From assembly GCA_026393035.1 (NCBI GenBank), contig JAPLAY010000004.1, positions 593 through 64,592 of the forward strand: a stretch of 64,000 nucleotides of DNA, in the 5' to 3' direction. The notes under the pieces were generated by a model. It was not told the origin of the DNA, searched no databases, and saw only the letters and a list, made by a program, of their open reading frames with translations. This document shows positions 52,830 through 63,608 of the stretch, piece after piece; position 1 is the first letter of the stretch; the number at the start of each line of letters is the position of its first letter. The position numbers and the translations under genes were made by a program. This DNA comes from Actinomycetota bacterium. GTDB lineage: Bacteria > Actinomycetota > Actinomycetes > Nanopelagicales > Nanopelagicaceae.

Positions 52830-55535
52830 TTATGCGCGCTTCTTCTCACGTAACTCGTAGGTCTGAATGATGTCGCCAACTTCAATGTCCTTGAATGAAC
52901 CAAGTCCGATACCGCACTCGTATCCATCCTTAACTTCTGTTGCATCATCCTTGAAACGACGCAATGAATCTACAGTTAAGCCTTCGCCAACTAAGACGCC
53001 ATTTCGAAGAGTTCTAGCCTTTGCATTTCGCTTGATAGTTCCATCTTGAACCAAGCAGCCAGAAATATTTCCGAACTTACTTGATTTGAAGATGTCGCGA
53101 ACTTCAGCATTTCCAAGAACAACTTCTTCAAACTCTGGCTTAAGCAAGCCCTTGAGTGAAGCTTCAATCTCTTCAATTGCATTGTAGATAACAGTGTAGA
53201 AACGAATTTCCACGCCTTCAACTTCAGCGAAGATTGCAGTTTGTGGTTCTGGCTTAACGTTGAAACCAATAATTACTGCGGTTGATGCCGAAGCAAGAGT
53301 TACATCGCCCTTGGTAATTGCGCCAACACCACGGTGGATAACGCGAAGATCTACTTCACTACCAACATCGAGTTGTAGCAAGGCATCTTCCAGAGCTTCA
53401 ACAGAACCAGAAACGTCACCCTTAAGAATGAGGTTAAGTGTGCTGATCTTGGATTGCTCCATAAAGTCTTCGAGTGAAACCTTCTTGCGAGTCTTAGCAA
53501 GTAATGCATTTCGCATTGCGAGCTGACGCTTCTCTGCAATTTGACGTGCAGTTCTGTCATCTTCAGCAACTATGAATGTGTCACCAGCACCAGGAACGGA
53601 TGTGAATCCAAGAACTTGAACTGGACGTGATGGGCCAGCCTCAGTAACTGCATCGCCGTTCTCATCCAACATTGCGCGTACGCGACCAAATGCACCACCG
53701 GCGACAATTGCATCTCCGACGTGAAGTGTTCCGCGTTGAACAAGAACTGTTGCAACCGGTCCGCGACCCTTATCAAGGTTCGCTTCAATCGCAACACCAC
53801 GAGCAACATCATCCGCTATTGCGCGAAGATCAATAGCTGCATCAGCAGTTAGAAGAATTGCATCGATTAGCTCATCAATACCGGCACCTGATTTCGCAGA
53901 TACGTTAATGAACATGGTTGTTCCGCCATACTCTTCTGCAATCAAGTTGTACTCAGTTAATTGCTGACGAATCTTGTCTGGGTTTGCACCCTCTTTATCA
54001 ACCTTGTTTACCGCAACAACAATTGGAACATCTGCTGCTTGCGCATGGTTCAAAGCTTCAATTGTCTGAGGCATAACTCCATCATCGGCAGCTACAACTA
54101 GAACCGCAATATCGGTCACCTTCGCACCACGTGCACGCATAGCGGTGAACGCTTCGTGACCAGGTGTATCAATAAATGTGATTGCGCGATTTTGGCCTTC
54201 GTGATCATGATGAATTTGGTAGGCACCAATGTGCTGCGTGATTCCACCAGCTTCGCCACGACCAACTTCAGTCTTACGGATTGCATCTAGCAAACTTGTC
54301 TTACCGTGGTCGACGTGGCCCATAACCGTAACGATTGGCGAGCGCACAACTAGATCAGCTTCATCGATATCAGCGAGTTCTTGATCAAGATTAATATCAA
54401 ATTGTTCTAGAAGTTCACGATCTTCATCCTCTGGGCTAACTACTTGAATTTGATATCCAAGTTCGGCGCCAAGAAGCATGAAAGTATCTTCATCAACAGA
54501 TTGAGTTGCAGTAACCATTTCACCTAAGTGGAATAGCGCTGAAACTAACGCTGCTGGATCGCCACCGATCTTCTCGGCAAAATCCATAAGTGTTGCGCCA
54601 CGGCGCAAGCGAATTGCAGTCTTGCCATCACCATGCGGAATTACTGCGCCGCCAAGTGATGGTGCTGCCATATTGTCGAACTCTTCACGTAACGCTTTCT
54701 TACTCTTATGCGCTTTGCGAGATTTTCCGCCTTGCTTTCCAAATGCTCCTGCAGTTCCGCCACGTTGATGACGTCCGCCACCTTTACCTGCTGGACCACC
54801 AGTACTTGGTGCGCCGAATGAAGGTGCGCCACCAGCGTTTGGTGTGCGATACGGAGAAGACGGAGAAGAAGGTGCGCCAGTTGTTCCACCTGGTCGTGAA
54901 TTATTTGTTGGTCCGCCAGTTGTTGGACGCGCTTGTTGTGGTCGCGCTGCAAAACCTGGACGAACAGATCCTGGACGAGCACCAGACATTGGTGGACGTT
55001 CACCTGGACGTAATGGTCGTTGTGCTGGTGGACGTGGCATTGCATTTGTTCCAGATCCGAAAGGATTATTTCCGGCGCGTGGTGGACGTGGCATTGCAGG
55101 GGTGCCGGTTCCACCTGGAGAACCAAAAGCGTTGTTTCCGCCACGAGCTGGTGTTGGCGCAGCAGGTGTTGTTGGTGCGGCTGGAGCAGGTGCTTCACTC
55201 TTTGGTGGTGCAACTGGAATTTCACTTTGTGCTTTAGAAAGTTGTTCGCGCGTTGATTCAGGAAGTGCTGCAAGTGCAGCTTCAATCTCTTCTGCAGTAG
55301 GTGCTGCTGCTTTCTTCGCTGCAGTCTTCTTAGCAGCTGCCTTTTTGACAGGTTTTGGTGGCGCATCTGCTGCCTTTAGATCTGGGAATTTATCCATCAA
55401 CTTTCGCACAACGGGTGCTTCAACGGTTGATGATGCAGATCGAACGAACTCGCCGACTTCTTGTAACTTAGCGAGGAGCTCTTTGCTCTCTAAACCTAAT
55501 TCTTTTGCTAATTCGTAAACGCGGACCTTTGCCAC
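52830..55535 (-). CDS. infB: Translation initiation factor IF-2
   Basis: [25 protein letters not shown]; Pro/Gly-rich linker. Confidence 0.99.
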   Translation of the reverse strand: MAKVRVYELAKELGLESKELLAKLQEVGEFVRSASSTVEAPVVRKLMDKFPDLKAADAPPKPVKKAAAKKTAAKKAAAPTAEEIEAALAALPESTREQLSKAQSEIPVAPPKSEAPAPAAPTTPAAPTPARGGNNAFGSPGGTGTPAMPRPPRAGNNPFGSGTNAMPRPPAQRPLRPGERPPMSGARPGSVRPGFAARPQQARPTTGGPTNNSRPGGTTGAPSSPSSPYRTPNAGGAPSFGAPSTGGPAGKGGGRHQRGGTAGAFGKQGGKSRKAHKSKKALREEFDNMAAPSLGGAVIPHGDGKTAIRLRRGATLMDFAEKIGGDPAALVSALFHLGEMVTATQSVDEDTFMLLGAELGYQIQVVSPEDEDRELLEQFDINLDQELADIDEADLVVRSPIVTVMGHVDHGKTSLLDAIRKTEVGRGEAGGITQHIGAYQIHHDHEGQNRAITFIDTPGHEAFTAMRARGAKVTDIAVLVVAADDGVMPQTIEALNHAQAADVPIVVAVNKVDKEGANPDKIRQQLTEYNLIAEEYGGTTMFINVSAKSGAGIDELIDAILLTADAAIDLRAIADDVARGVAIEANLDKGRGPVATVLVQRGTLHVGDAIVAGGAFGRVRAMLDENGDAVTEAGPSRPVQVLGFTSVPGAGDTFIVAEDDRTARQIAEKRQLAMRNALLAKTRKKVSLEDFMEQSKISTLNLILKGDVSGSVEALEDALLQLDVGSEVDLRVIHRGVGAITKGDVTLASASTAVIIGFNVKPEPQTAIFAEVEGVEIRFYTVIYNAIEEIEASLKGLLKPEFEEVVLGNAEVRDIFKSSKFGNISGCLVQDGTIKRNAKARTLRNGVLVGEGLTVDSLRRFKDDATEVKDGYECGIGLGSFKDIEVGDIIQTYELREKKRA

Positions 55536-55574
55536 AGTTGCCTTCCTGTCTTGGCCCCACGTCTTAATTGGAGC

Positions 55575-55653
55575 CTAAATTAATGCCTTAATCATGAGCG
55601 CGCGGTGCTCATGGTTACTTGTTATCCCAGTTTGGGTTTGACTTGCTTGACAT
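55575..55653 (-). other. Chain of three mini-ORFs in the infB leader (MSSKSNPNWDNK*, MSTARS*, MIKALI*)
   Basis: AAGGAG 8 nt before ATG 55653; stop-to-start gap 2 nt, then an ATGA overlap. Confidence 0.6.
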
Positions 55654-55678
55654 AGCTTTCGCTCCTTATGTTTTTCAA

Positions 55679-55921
55679 CTAATTAATTAAAAACTTCTCC
55701 AACGCTTCTAGCGAAAGATTTTCATCTATTCGAAAGGCCCGTTGAAATGATCCTCGTTGCTTTGCGATATCGAAACAATTTCGATGTAGCCAAGCCCCGC
55801 GACCAAATTTCCGACGATCTTCATCAGGCAAAACCTGATTTCCGACCCGAACTACACGAAGTAGTTCACTGAAGTTCTCTCGCTTGCGACAAGCTATGCA
55901 GCTCCGAATCGGAATCGGCAT
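55679..55921 (-). CDS. YlxR/DUF448 family RNA-binding protein
   Basis: P.RSCIACR, LLRVV, GRGAWLH; between nusA and infB. Confidence 0.9.
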   Translation of the reverse strand: MPIPIRSCIACRKRENFSELLRVVRVGNQVLPDEDRRKFGRGAWLHRNCFDIAKQRGSFQRAFRIDENLSLEALEKFLIN

Positions 55922-56009
55922 CTCTAGTCCCTCGCATTTTTAAACTATCAGGGGCAAACCTTACCCGCGATATTGGGATGTTCACAATTACTGAATATCC
56001 CCCAGCTAA

Positions 56010-57044
56010 TTACGCGGGAATTTCACCCTCTACTCCAATTTCCTCATCAACTACCGGCTTGGGCTTTTCAATTCGTTCGACTGGATTATCGGGATGGATA
56101 TCGATTCGCCAACCAGTTAGCCGTGCAGCCAAACGTGCATTCTGCCCATCTTTACCAATAGCAAGTGAGAGTTGGTAATCCGGAACAATTACCTTCGCAG
56201 ATTTACTCTCTAGATCTACTACTTCACAACTTGTAACTTTTGCGGGCGCAAGTGCATTAGCAACATAGACCGCAGGATTTTCGGAATAGTCAACGATGTC
56301 AATCTTCTCGCCATTTAATTCATCCATAACCGCTTTAGCTCTTGCGCCAACAGGACCAATTAGTGCGCCCTTTGGACTAACACCGGCACGGTGTGATCTA
56401 ACTGAAACTTTACTTCGAAAGCCAGGCTCTCGAGAGATTCCGACAATCTCCACAATTCCATCCTTTAACTCTGGAACTTCTAACGTGAATAGCGTCTTAA
56501 CTAAAAGTGGATGAGTTCTAGAAAGCGTAACTTCGGGTCCTTTTAAACCTTGCTTCACATCAACTACGAAACATTTGATTCGCTGGCCGTGAGTATAAGT
56601 TTCAGTTGGAACCTGTTCGATTGGCGGAATTTTTCCTTCAACTCTGCCAAGATCAACATAGACAAGTGTTGCATCGCGCCCTTGTTGAATTACACCAGAG
56701 ATAACATCCCCGACGCTAGCTGAAAATTCTTCAACAACATCGGCATCTTTTGCCGCACGCATCCGTTGTTTAATTTCCTTGCGCGTAATCGATTGAATAA
56801 TCTGCTCAAAGCCCTCGGGCATATGAGTGATAGTCTCAGTGTAAATTCCTTCTTCATCAAATTGTGGAACATGAATTAAAATTTCACCACTTACGCGATT
56901 GAGAACTGCGCGTCCTTGTGGCTTGGCATCTTCAAGTGCAACATAAGCCTCTGTTACCGCATTTTCAATTGCGCTAATCATTTTCTCAAGCGGAATTTCT
57001 TTCTCAATTGTTAACGCTATTAGCGCATCGACATCAACGCTCAT
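56010..57044 (-). CDS. nusA: Transcription termination factor NusA
   Basis: LSRTHP, EVPE, REPG.RSK, EKIDIV, QLSLAIGKDGQNARLAARLTGWRIDI. Confidence 0.96.
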   Translation of the reverse strand: MSVDVDALIALTIEKEIPLEKMISAIENAVTEAYVALEDAKPQGRAVLNRVSGEILIHVPQFDEEGIYTETITHMPEGFEQIIQSITRKEIKQRMRAAKDADVVEEFSASVGDVISGVIQQGRDATLVYVDLGRVEGKIPPIEQVPTETYTHGQRIKCFVVDVKQGLKGPEVTLSRTHPLLVKTLFTLEVPELKDGIVEIVGISREPGFRSKVSVRSHRAGVSPKGALIGPVGARAKAVMDELNGEKIDIVDYSENPAVYVANALAPAKVTSCEVVDLESKSAKVIVPDYQLSLAIGKDGQNARLAARLTGWRIDIHPDNPVERIEKPKPVVDEEIGVEGEIPA

Positions 57045-57481
57045 TTGAATTCAATTTCTAGGACTGCGCGCTTTATATCTTCAAAAGAGACGGTGTTTTC
57101 ATCAACCAAAACTGAAGTTTCGGTAGCGGCGCCAATTCGCCCTTCAATTACTTGGCCACTTGTCATTGTAATTTTCACTAGACGATCAAGGTTCTTACGC
57201 CAATGACGTGGCTTTGTAAGTGGTCGATCTAGGCCAGGTGATGTAACTTCCAGAGTAAAAGCAGTGTCACCAAGAACTGGGAGTTCTTCAATTACCAGCG
57301 AAATTTCCTTAGTAACGGCAGTTACTTGATCTAAATTTAAGTGCGCATCGCTATCAACGATTACGGTAAGAATTTTAACTTTTCCGGCCGAAGTAATTGT
57401 TAGCTCTTCTAGATAATTACCGGTTGCTTCAATGATTGGCCGAATTGCGGCGCTTATTTCCTCGTTCATTGGCATATTCAT
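57041..57481 (-). CDS. rimP: Ribosome maturation factor RimP
   Basis: LEVTSPG.DRPL; upstream of nusA. Confidence 0.95.
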   Translation of the reverse strand: MNMPMNEEISAAIRPIIEATGNYLEELTITSAGKVKILTVIVDSDAHLNLDQVTAVTKEISLVIEELPVLGDTAFTLEVTSPGLDRPLTKPRHWRKNLDRLVKITMTSGQVIEGRIGAATETSVLVDENTVSFEDIKRAVLEIEFK

Positions 57482-57503
57482 CTGCCCTCTCCATTATTAA
57501 GTT

Positions 57504-58271
57504 TTAGTTAGCGAGCCAATCATAACCCACTTTCAGTATGAGAATTGTCGTCACAACCAAGAAAACTTTTCGGACCAATGGAGATCCACCACGAATTGCT
57601 AACCGCGAACCAATAATTGCGCCAAATACATTTGCTACTGCAAGGGCAAGTCCGAGCTTCCACCAAATATGGCCAGTTAGTTGGAAGGAGACGATTGCTC
57701 CAAAGTTTGTTGCAATATTTACCAACTTAGCTGTGGCAGAAGCCTTAAGAAAGGCATATCCAACCAAGCCAACTAGCAAGAAGACCAGGAAAGTTCCGGT
57801 TCCAGGACCAAAGATTCCGTCATAGAAACCGATCGTTAAACCCAGCGCGACAACAATTTGGTGGCGTTGCTTGCTCGTGAATCTAAGGTTCTCATTCATA
57901 CCAAGCTCTGGCTTGCGCCAGGTATAAATTGCCACGCTAATTAAAAGAAAGATGATTAGCGGGCGAAATACTGAGGTTGGAAATGAGCTTGCAAGCCTTG
58001 CACCAGCTGCTGAACCAATAAGTGCAGGTATTGCCATGTACGAGGTGAGTTTTAAATCAGGTTTTACACTTCGGAAATAATTAGTAGCAGCGCTAGAAGT
58101 TCCAAAGATCGATATGACTTTATTTGTTCCCAGAATCAGTGGAATTGGTTTATCTGATAGACCAATCAATAACGCAGGAAGTTGGATCAATCCACCCCCG
58201 CCAGCCATTGCATCAACAAAGCCGGCAAAGCCAGCAGCGATAATCAGGAATATTGCGGTTTCGACTCCCAT
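57504..58271 (-). CDS. TSUP (TauE/SafE) family transporter
   Basis: AGFVDA..GGGGLI..P, GTNK, GFYDG.FGPGTG. Confidence 0.92.
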   Translation of the reverse strand: MGVETAIFLIIAAGFAGFVDAMAGGGGLIQLPALLIGLSDKPIPLILGTNKVISIFGTSSAATNYFRSVKPDLKLTSYMAIPALIGSAAGARLASSFPTSVFRPLIIFLLISVAIYTWRKPELGMNENLRFTSKQRHQIVVALGLTIGFYDGIFGPGTGTFLVFLLVGLVGYAFLKASATAKLVNIATNFGAIVSFQLTGHIWWKLGLALAVANVFGAIIGSRLAIRGGSPLVRKVFLVVTTILILKVGYDWLAN

Positions 58272-58275
58272 TTAA

Positions 58276-60006
58276 TTAGGAATTTGTAACCCGTGAAACT
58301 ATTTCTGAAACCGCCTTTAATAGTTCAATCTCTGATTTCTCACCGCTCTTGCGAACTCTAAATTCAACTTTTCCTTCGGAGAGCGCTTTGCCAACGATAA
58401 CAATGTATGGAATTCCGATTAATTCAGCATCCTTAAACTTTACGCCGGCGCTAGCTTCACGGCGGTCATCAAACATGATACGCAAGCCTTTCTCTTCCAG
58501 ATCTTCAGCAAGAGTTTGTGCCGCTTTAAATACTTCATCTTCTTTGCCGGTTGCGACAATGTGAACATCAGCAGGGGCAATTTCACGTGGCCAGTTAAGA
58601 CCAATCTCATCATGTGTCTGCTCCGCAATAGCGGCAACTGCTCGAGATACGCCAATTCCATATGAACCCATTGTTACAACTTGAGACTTACCATTTTGAT
58701 CAAGCACCGTTAGATCAAGGGCCTGCGCATATTTGCGACCAAGTTGGAAGATATGACCAATTTCAATTGCCCGATCAATAATCACTGGAGTTTCACACTT
58801 TGGGCAGAGATCGCCAGCACGTACTTCGGCTGCTTCAACATACTTATCAACTTCAAAGTCGCGACCATTCGTTACAAAACGAACATGGGTATCTCTCTTG
58901 TTTGCACCAGTAATCCAATGCGATCCTGGAACAATTCTTGGATCAGCATAAACAGTTACGCCAAGTTGTTTAGCGATTTGTGGTCCGACATATCCCTTAA
59001 CTAGACCAGGTATTTTTGCAAAATCTGCATCTTCAAATAACCGTAACTCACTTACACCTGGCAGATTTGCCTGTAGCCGTTTTAAATCTACTTCGCGATC
59101 GCCTGGAACTAATACTGAAATAACTTTCTCATCCGCCATTAAGAGCACATTCTTCAAAGTATCTGAAGCCTTATGGCCAGGCTCAAATTTTGTATTTAAT
59201 AATTCGACAAGCGAGTCAATCGTAGGAGTATTAGGTGAATCAAATTCATCCATCGCTGCAGGTGCGCTGCCAGAATAAGGTGCAACCTTTGTAACCATTG
59301 CTTCAACATTTGCGGCATATCCACATTTTTCGCAGAGTACGTATGTGTCTTCGCCAGTTTCGCATGGCGCTAAGAACTCTTCAGAACCTGAACCGCCCAT
59401 CGCACCAGAGACCGCAGAAACAATGTTGTATTTAAGGCCAAGGCGATCAAAGGTTTTAACGTAGGCATCGCGATGCTTGTTGTATGAAGCTATTAGCCCA
59501 GCATCATCAATATCAAATGAATATGAATCCTTCATTACAAATTCACGGCCACGAATAATTCCGCTGCGTGGTCTTGTTTCATCACGAAATTTAGTTTGAA
59601 TCTGATAAATCGAAAGTGGTAGATCTTTATAGGATGAATATTCGCCCTTAACCATCAAGGTGAACATCTCTTCATGTGTTGGACCTAAAAGATAATCATT
59701 ACCTCTTCGATCTTGCAATCTAAATAGGTCAGAACCGTATTCATCCCAACGATTAGTTTTCTCATATGGTTCGCGAGGTAAGAGCGCTGGAAAATGAACT
59801 TCCTGAAATCCTGCAGCATCCATCTCTTCGCGAATTACTCGTTCGATATTGCGATAGGTGATGTAGCCAAGTGGTAGCCAAGAATAAACACCGGCTGCGA
59901 TTCGACGGACATATCCCGCCCGAACTAATAAGCGGTGGCTTGCTACCTCAGCATCTGCTGGATCATCGCGAAGGGTGCGCAGCAGCAAGGTAGACATCTT
60001 TAACAT
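58276..60006 (-). CDS. proS: Proline--tRNA ligase (with editing domain)
   Basis: LGPTHEE, KFRDE.RPR.G..R.REF.MKD.YSF, IEIGHIFQLG, MGSYGIG. Confidence 0.98.
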   Translation of the reverse strand: MLKMSTLLLRTLRDDPADAEVASHRLLVRAGYVRRIAAGVYSWLPLGYITYRNIERVIREEMDAAGFQEVHFPALLPREPYEKTNRWDEYGSDLFRLQDRRGNDYLLGPTHEEMFTLMVKGEYSSYKDLPLSIYQIQTKFRDETRPRSGIIRGREFVMKDSYSFDIDDAGLIASYNKHRDAYVKTFDRLGLKYNIVSAVSGAMGGSGSEEFLAPCETGEDTYVLCEKCGYAANVEAMVTKVAPYSGSAPAAMDEFDSPNTPTIDSLVELLNTKFEPGHKASDTLKNVLLMADEKVISVLVPGDREVDLKRLQANLPGVSELRLFEDADFAKIPGLVKGYVGPQIAKQLGVTVYADPRIVPGSHWITGANKRDTHVRFVTNGRDFEVDKYVEAAEVRAGDLCPKCETPVIIDRAIEIGHIFQLGRKYAQALDLTVLDQNGKSQVVTMGSYGIGVSRAVAAIAEQTHDEIGLNWPREIAPADVHIVATGKEDEVFKAAQTLAEDLEEKGLRIMFDDRREASAGVKFKDAELIGIPYIVIVGKALSEGKVEFRVRKSGEKSEIELLKAVSEIVSRVTNS

Positions 60007-60024
60007 GGGCTTACCTTACCGAAT

Positions 60025-61176
60025 TTATTTAGTAGTTACGGTTGGCATTCCGCTTTCAACGCCAGCAGCTTCCATTTCTTCGGCTAAACGCATTGCCTCT
60101 TCGATGAGAGTTTCAACAATTTGGCTCTCTGGAACAGTTTTTATTACTTCACCCTTTACAAATATCTGGCCTTTGCCATTTCCTGATGCAACCCCGAGAT
60201 CAGCTTCACGAGCTTCTCCTGGTCCATTTACTACGCAACCCATTACAGCTACGCGAAGTGGAACTGTCATACCTTGCAGACCTGCTTGAACTTTTTCAGC
60301 CAAGGTATAAACATCAACTTGGGCACGACCGCATGACGGGCAAGAAACGATTTCAAGTTTGCGTTGACGTAGATTTAAAGATTCAAGAATTGAAATACCA
60401 ACTTTAACTTCCTCAACCGGCGGCGCTGAAAGTGAGACACGAATAGTGTCGCCAATACCTTCAGCCAGAAGAATTCCAAATGCAGTTGCAGATTTGATTG
60501 TTCCTTGAAAGATTGGACCAGCTTCAGTAACGCCAAGATGTAGTGGGTAATCACATTTGCTTGCTAGTAAACGATAGGCCTGAACCATTGTTACTGGATC
60601 GTGATGCTTAACTGAAATTTTAATATCGCTAAAGCCATGCTCTTCAAATAGTGATGCTTCCCAGAGTGCAGATTCCGCAAGCGCCTCTGGCGTAGCTTTG
60701 CCATATTTAGCGAGCAACCTTGGATCAAGTGAACCAGCATTTACACCAATTCGAATTGGAATTCCAGCATCGCCCGCAGCCTTGGCAACTTCTTTAACTT
60801 TGTCATCGAACTGCTTAATATTTCCTGGATTGACTCGGACTGCAGCACAGCCTGCATCAATTGCAGCAAAGATATATTTTGGTTGAAAGTGAATATCAGC
60901 GATAACTGGAATCTGGGATTTCTTTGCAATCTGCGCAAGTGCATCGGCATCATCTTGACTTGGAACTGCAACTCGCACAATCTGACAACCTGAAGCAGTT
61001 AGCTCTGCAATTTGCTGAAGCGTTGCGTTCACATCAGAGGTAAGAGTTGTGCACATTGACTGCACACTTACTGGAGCATCTCCCCCGACTAATACGCTGC
61101 CAACTTTAAGTTGTCTGCTTTTGCGGCGTGGTGCCAGTGTTGGTGGTGGGGTGCTTGGCATTCCGAGATTTACCAT
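60025..61176 (-). CDS. ispG: HMBPP synthase (GcpE)
   Basis: [37 protein letters not shown]. Confidence 0.98.
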   Translation of the reverse strand: MVNLGMPSTPPPTLAPRRKSRQLKVGSVLVGGDAPVSVQSMCTTLTSDVNATLQQIAELTASGCQIVRVAVPSQDDADALAQIAKKSQIPVIADIHFQPKYIFAAIDAGCAAVRVNPGNIKQFDDKVKEVAKAAGDAGIPIRIGVNAGSLDPRLLAKYGKATPEALAESALWEASLFEEHGFSDIKISVKHHDPVTMVQAYRLLASKCDYPLHLGVTEAGPIFQGTIKSATAFGILLAEGIGDTIRVSLSAPPVEEVKVGISILESLNLRQRKLEIVSCPSCGRAQVDVYTLAEKVQAGLQGMTVPLRVAVMGCVVNGPGEAREADLGVASGNGKGQIFVKGEVIKTVPESQIVETLIEEAMRLAEEMEAAGVESGMPTVTTK

Positions 61177-61190
61177 GGCTTTATCCTAGA

Positions 61191-62408
61191 TTATTGATTG
61201 AGATTTATTGGATTGAAAATATCCGCGGCCAGAAGAAGTAGTGAGAGAACTGCTAATACTGCGAAGACCACAAGGGTTATTGGGAGTAATTTCTCAACAT
61301 CGATAGCTGCTGGTGGCGCCACTTTGCGACGACGGGCGCTTAATCTGCGAAGACCATCAACAATTGCTACCGCCATATGCCCACCATCTAGAGGTAGAAG
61401 TGGAAGTAGATTAAAGACGCCTACGAAAATATTAAGGCTTGCAATAATTATTAAGAATGATGCAATTTTTTCGCGCGACTGTAATTTAGGATCACTTGCG
61501 GTTTGAGCGCTGACGCGAGCCACACCCACAACACCGACTAGTCCTTGCGCATCTCGCTTTTCATTTCCGAAAGTTTGGCGGACGAGCGCTGGAATCTTTG
61601 TAGGAAGTGAAATCAGAGATGTAACGCTATTACCTAAAAGATCTTTGGTTAGTTTCGCGCTATTTGAAATAGCTTTGAAAGAGCCATCTTTACGAGTACC
61701 CAATTTATTGATTACTCCGAGATAGCCGATCTCTTTACCATCAAGCGTTCTTGCGGCTGGAGTAATCGGAATATCTAGTGCCTCACCATTTCGAGAAACT
61801 GAAAGTGTGATGACCTTATTTGCAGATGCCCGAATCTTGGTTGCATAATCAAACCAGGTCGAATATTTCTTGCCATCTATCGCAACGATTTCATCGTTCG
61901 CGACTAACCCAGCAGCTTTAGCGGGTGATGGATTTGAATTAGCAGTGCACTTGGTATCCGATACGCCGGTTGCGCTATTCAAAACGCAAGGAACAACTTC
62001 GCCGATTGTGTTGGTTACGGTTGTAACTCCTACGCCAGCCAAGAGCACGAATAAAATCAAAAAGCCAAGTACGAAGTGAAGAAAAGATCCAGCGCCCAGA
62101 ACTATTAATCGCTTTGGCGCAGATGCCAGATAGAAGGCTCGATGTTTATCTGCTTCTGGTAACTCTTCATTTACTGACATACCAGAGATGCGACAGTATC
62201 CGCCGGCAGGAATTGCTTTAATTCCAAACTCAGTTTCACCTCGTTGGAAAGACCAAATCCGCTTGCCGAAGCCTAAGAAAAATTCAGTAACCCGCATGTG
62301 GAATTTCTTAGCGGTTAAATAGTGGCCAGCTTCATGGACCATGACCGAGAATAGAAGCGCAACGATAAAAGCCAAGACACCTAAAATACTTAAACCTGAA
62401 AAATTCAC
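61191..62408 (-). CDS. RIP (M50) zinc metalloprotease with PDZ domain
   Basis: HEAGH, FNLLPLLPLDGGH; dxr-M50-ispG synteny. Confidence 0.93.
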   Translation of the reverse strand: MNFSGLSILGVLAFIVALLFSVMVHEAGHYLTAKKFHMRVTEFFLGFGKRIWSFQRGETEFGIKAIPAGGYCRISGMSVNEELPEADKHRAFYLASAPKRLIVLGAGSFLHFVLGFLILFVLLAGVGVTTVTNTIGEVVPCVLNSATGVSDTKCTANSNPSPAKAAGLVANDEIVAIDGKKYSTWFDYATKIRASANKVITLSVSRNGEALDIPITPAARTLDGKEIGYLGVINKLGTRKDGSFKAISNSAKLTKDLLGNSVTSLISLPTKIPALVRQTFGNEKRDAQGLVGVVGVARVSAQTASDPKLQSREKIASFLIIIASLNIFVGVFNLLPLLPLDGGHMAVAIVDGLRRLSARRRKVAPPAAIDVEKLLPITLVVFAVLAVLSLLLLAADIFNPINLNQ

Positions 62409-63553
62409 TTGCGCTCCTGAACTAATTGAGTGGCGATAATACGTGAATCATTCTCGACAGCACTGACATCAGCCAGTGAGGTAATTGAAATTGGAGAATT
62501 TCCACCCAGCTTTTGAACAGTCGCATCAACGATATCTACGATTTGTGCAAATGAAATCAAACCATTCAAAAAGGCTTCAACGGCAACTTCATTCGCTGCA
62601 TTAAAGATTGCTGGCAGGCCGCCGCCAAGTTCACCGCATCTGCGTGCCAGATCTACCGCTGGGAATCTTGCGCTATCAATTGGTGAAAACTCCCAACTGT
62701 GGGACTTGCTCCAATCTATTGGCGCAGTGGCTTTGGGAATTCGATTAGTTCCAGAAATTGCATATGCAATTGGGCCTTTCATATTTGGTGGACTCGCTTG
62801 TGCCACCGTTGAGCCATCGATGAATTCCACCATTGAATGCACAACTGATTGGGGATGGATCACGGCGGTAATCTTTGAATACGGAATATCAAAGAGATAA
62901 TGCGCTTCGATAATTTCCAGACCCTTATTCATCAAAGTTGCAGAATTAATAGTTACGACCGGACCCATATTCCAAGTTGGATGATTAAGGGCATCTGCGA
63001 CAGATATATCTGAAAGATCAAGTCGGTCTCTAAATGGTCCACCACTAGCAGTCAAAATAACTTGCTTAACTTCTGAAGCCTTACCACTCAGGAAACATTG
63101 ATAGAGCGCAGAATGTTCGGAGTCAACCGGAATAATTTGATCTCTGCCATAAGCCATTACTAAATCGCCACCAGCAACAAGTGATTCCTTATTCGCGAGC
63201 GCAACTTTATTTCCAACAGCAAGTGCTGCAAGAGTTGGGCCAAGTCCGATTGAACCGGCCATGCCATTTAGAACTACATCACATGCAATCGCTGCAATTT
63301 GCGATGCAGCTTCGGACCCATCTATAACTTGAGTATTTCCAAGTAACGAAATTAATCTTGCTCTATCCCCCGTAGTTCCAACTATCGGGACTGCAAATTT
63401 TTTTGCCTGCTCGGCTAATAGTTCAGGATTTTTGGAACCCGCGGCCAAGCCAACTATGCGGAACCGCTCGGGGTTTGCTTCAACTATTTCCAGCGCCTGA
63501 ACTCCGATAGATCCCGTTGAACCAAGGATTACTAAATCGAGCGGGCTAGGCAT
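62405..63553 (-). CDS. dxr: 1-deoxy-D-xylulose-5-phosphate reductoisomerase
   Basis: LGSTGSIG, LANKES, PVDSEH, TASGGPF, HPTW.MG, NKGLE. Confidence 0.98.
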   Translation of the reverse strand: MPSPLDLVILGSTGSIGVQALEIVEANPERFRIVGLAAGSKNPELLAEQAKKFAVPIVGTTGDRARLISLLGNTQVIDGSEAASQIAAIACDVVLNGMAGSIGLGPTLAALAVGNKVALANKESLVAGGDLVMAYGRDQIIPVDSEHSALYQCFLSGKASEVKQVILTASGGPFRDRLDLSDISVADALNHPTWNMGPVVTINSATLMNKGLEIIEAHYLFDIPYSKITAVIHPQSVVHSMVEFIDGSTVAQASPPNMKGPIAYAISGTNRIPKATAPIDWSKSHSWEFSPIDSARFPAVDLARRCGELGGGLPAIFNAANEVAVEAFLNGLISFAQIVDIVDATVQKLGGNSPISITSLADVSAVENDSRIIATQLVQERK

Positions 63554-63608
63554 TCCCCTATTCTAAGTAAGAATGGGCAAAACTTTTACCTCAGATAGAC
63601 TTGAGTCC

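Noticed and set aside
54780-55200. Short repeats such as GGTGGACGTGGCATTGCA (AMPRPP twice) in infB
   Set aside because: Ordinary low-complexity IF2 linker of actinobacteria; no repeat-spacer periodicity, so not CRISPR.
54590-55518. Long alternative-frame and antisense ORFs (215-241 aa) over the infB 5' region
   Set aside because: Shadows of the Pro/Gly/Ala-rich IF2 linker, which lacks stops in other frames; no motifs or RBS.
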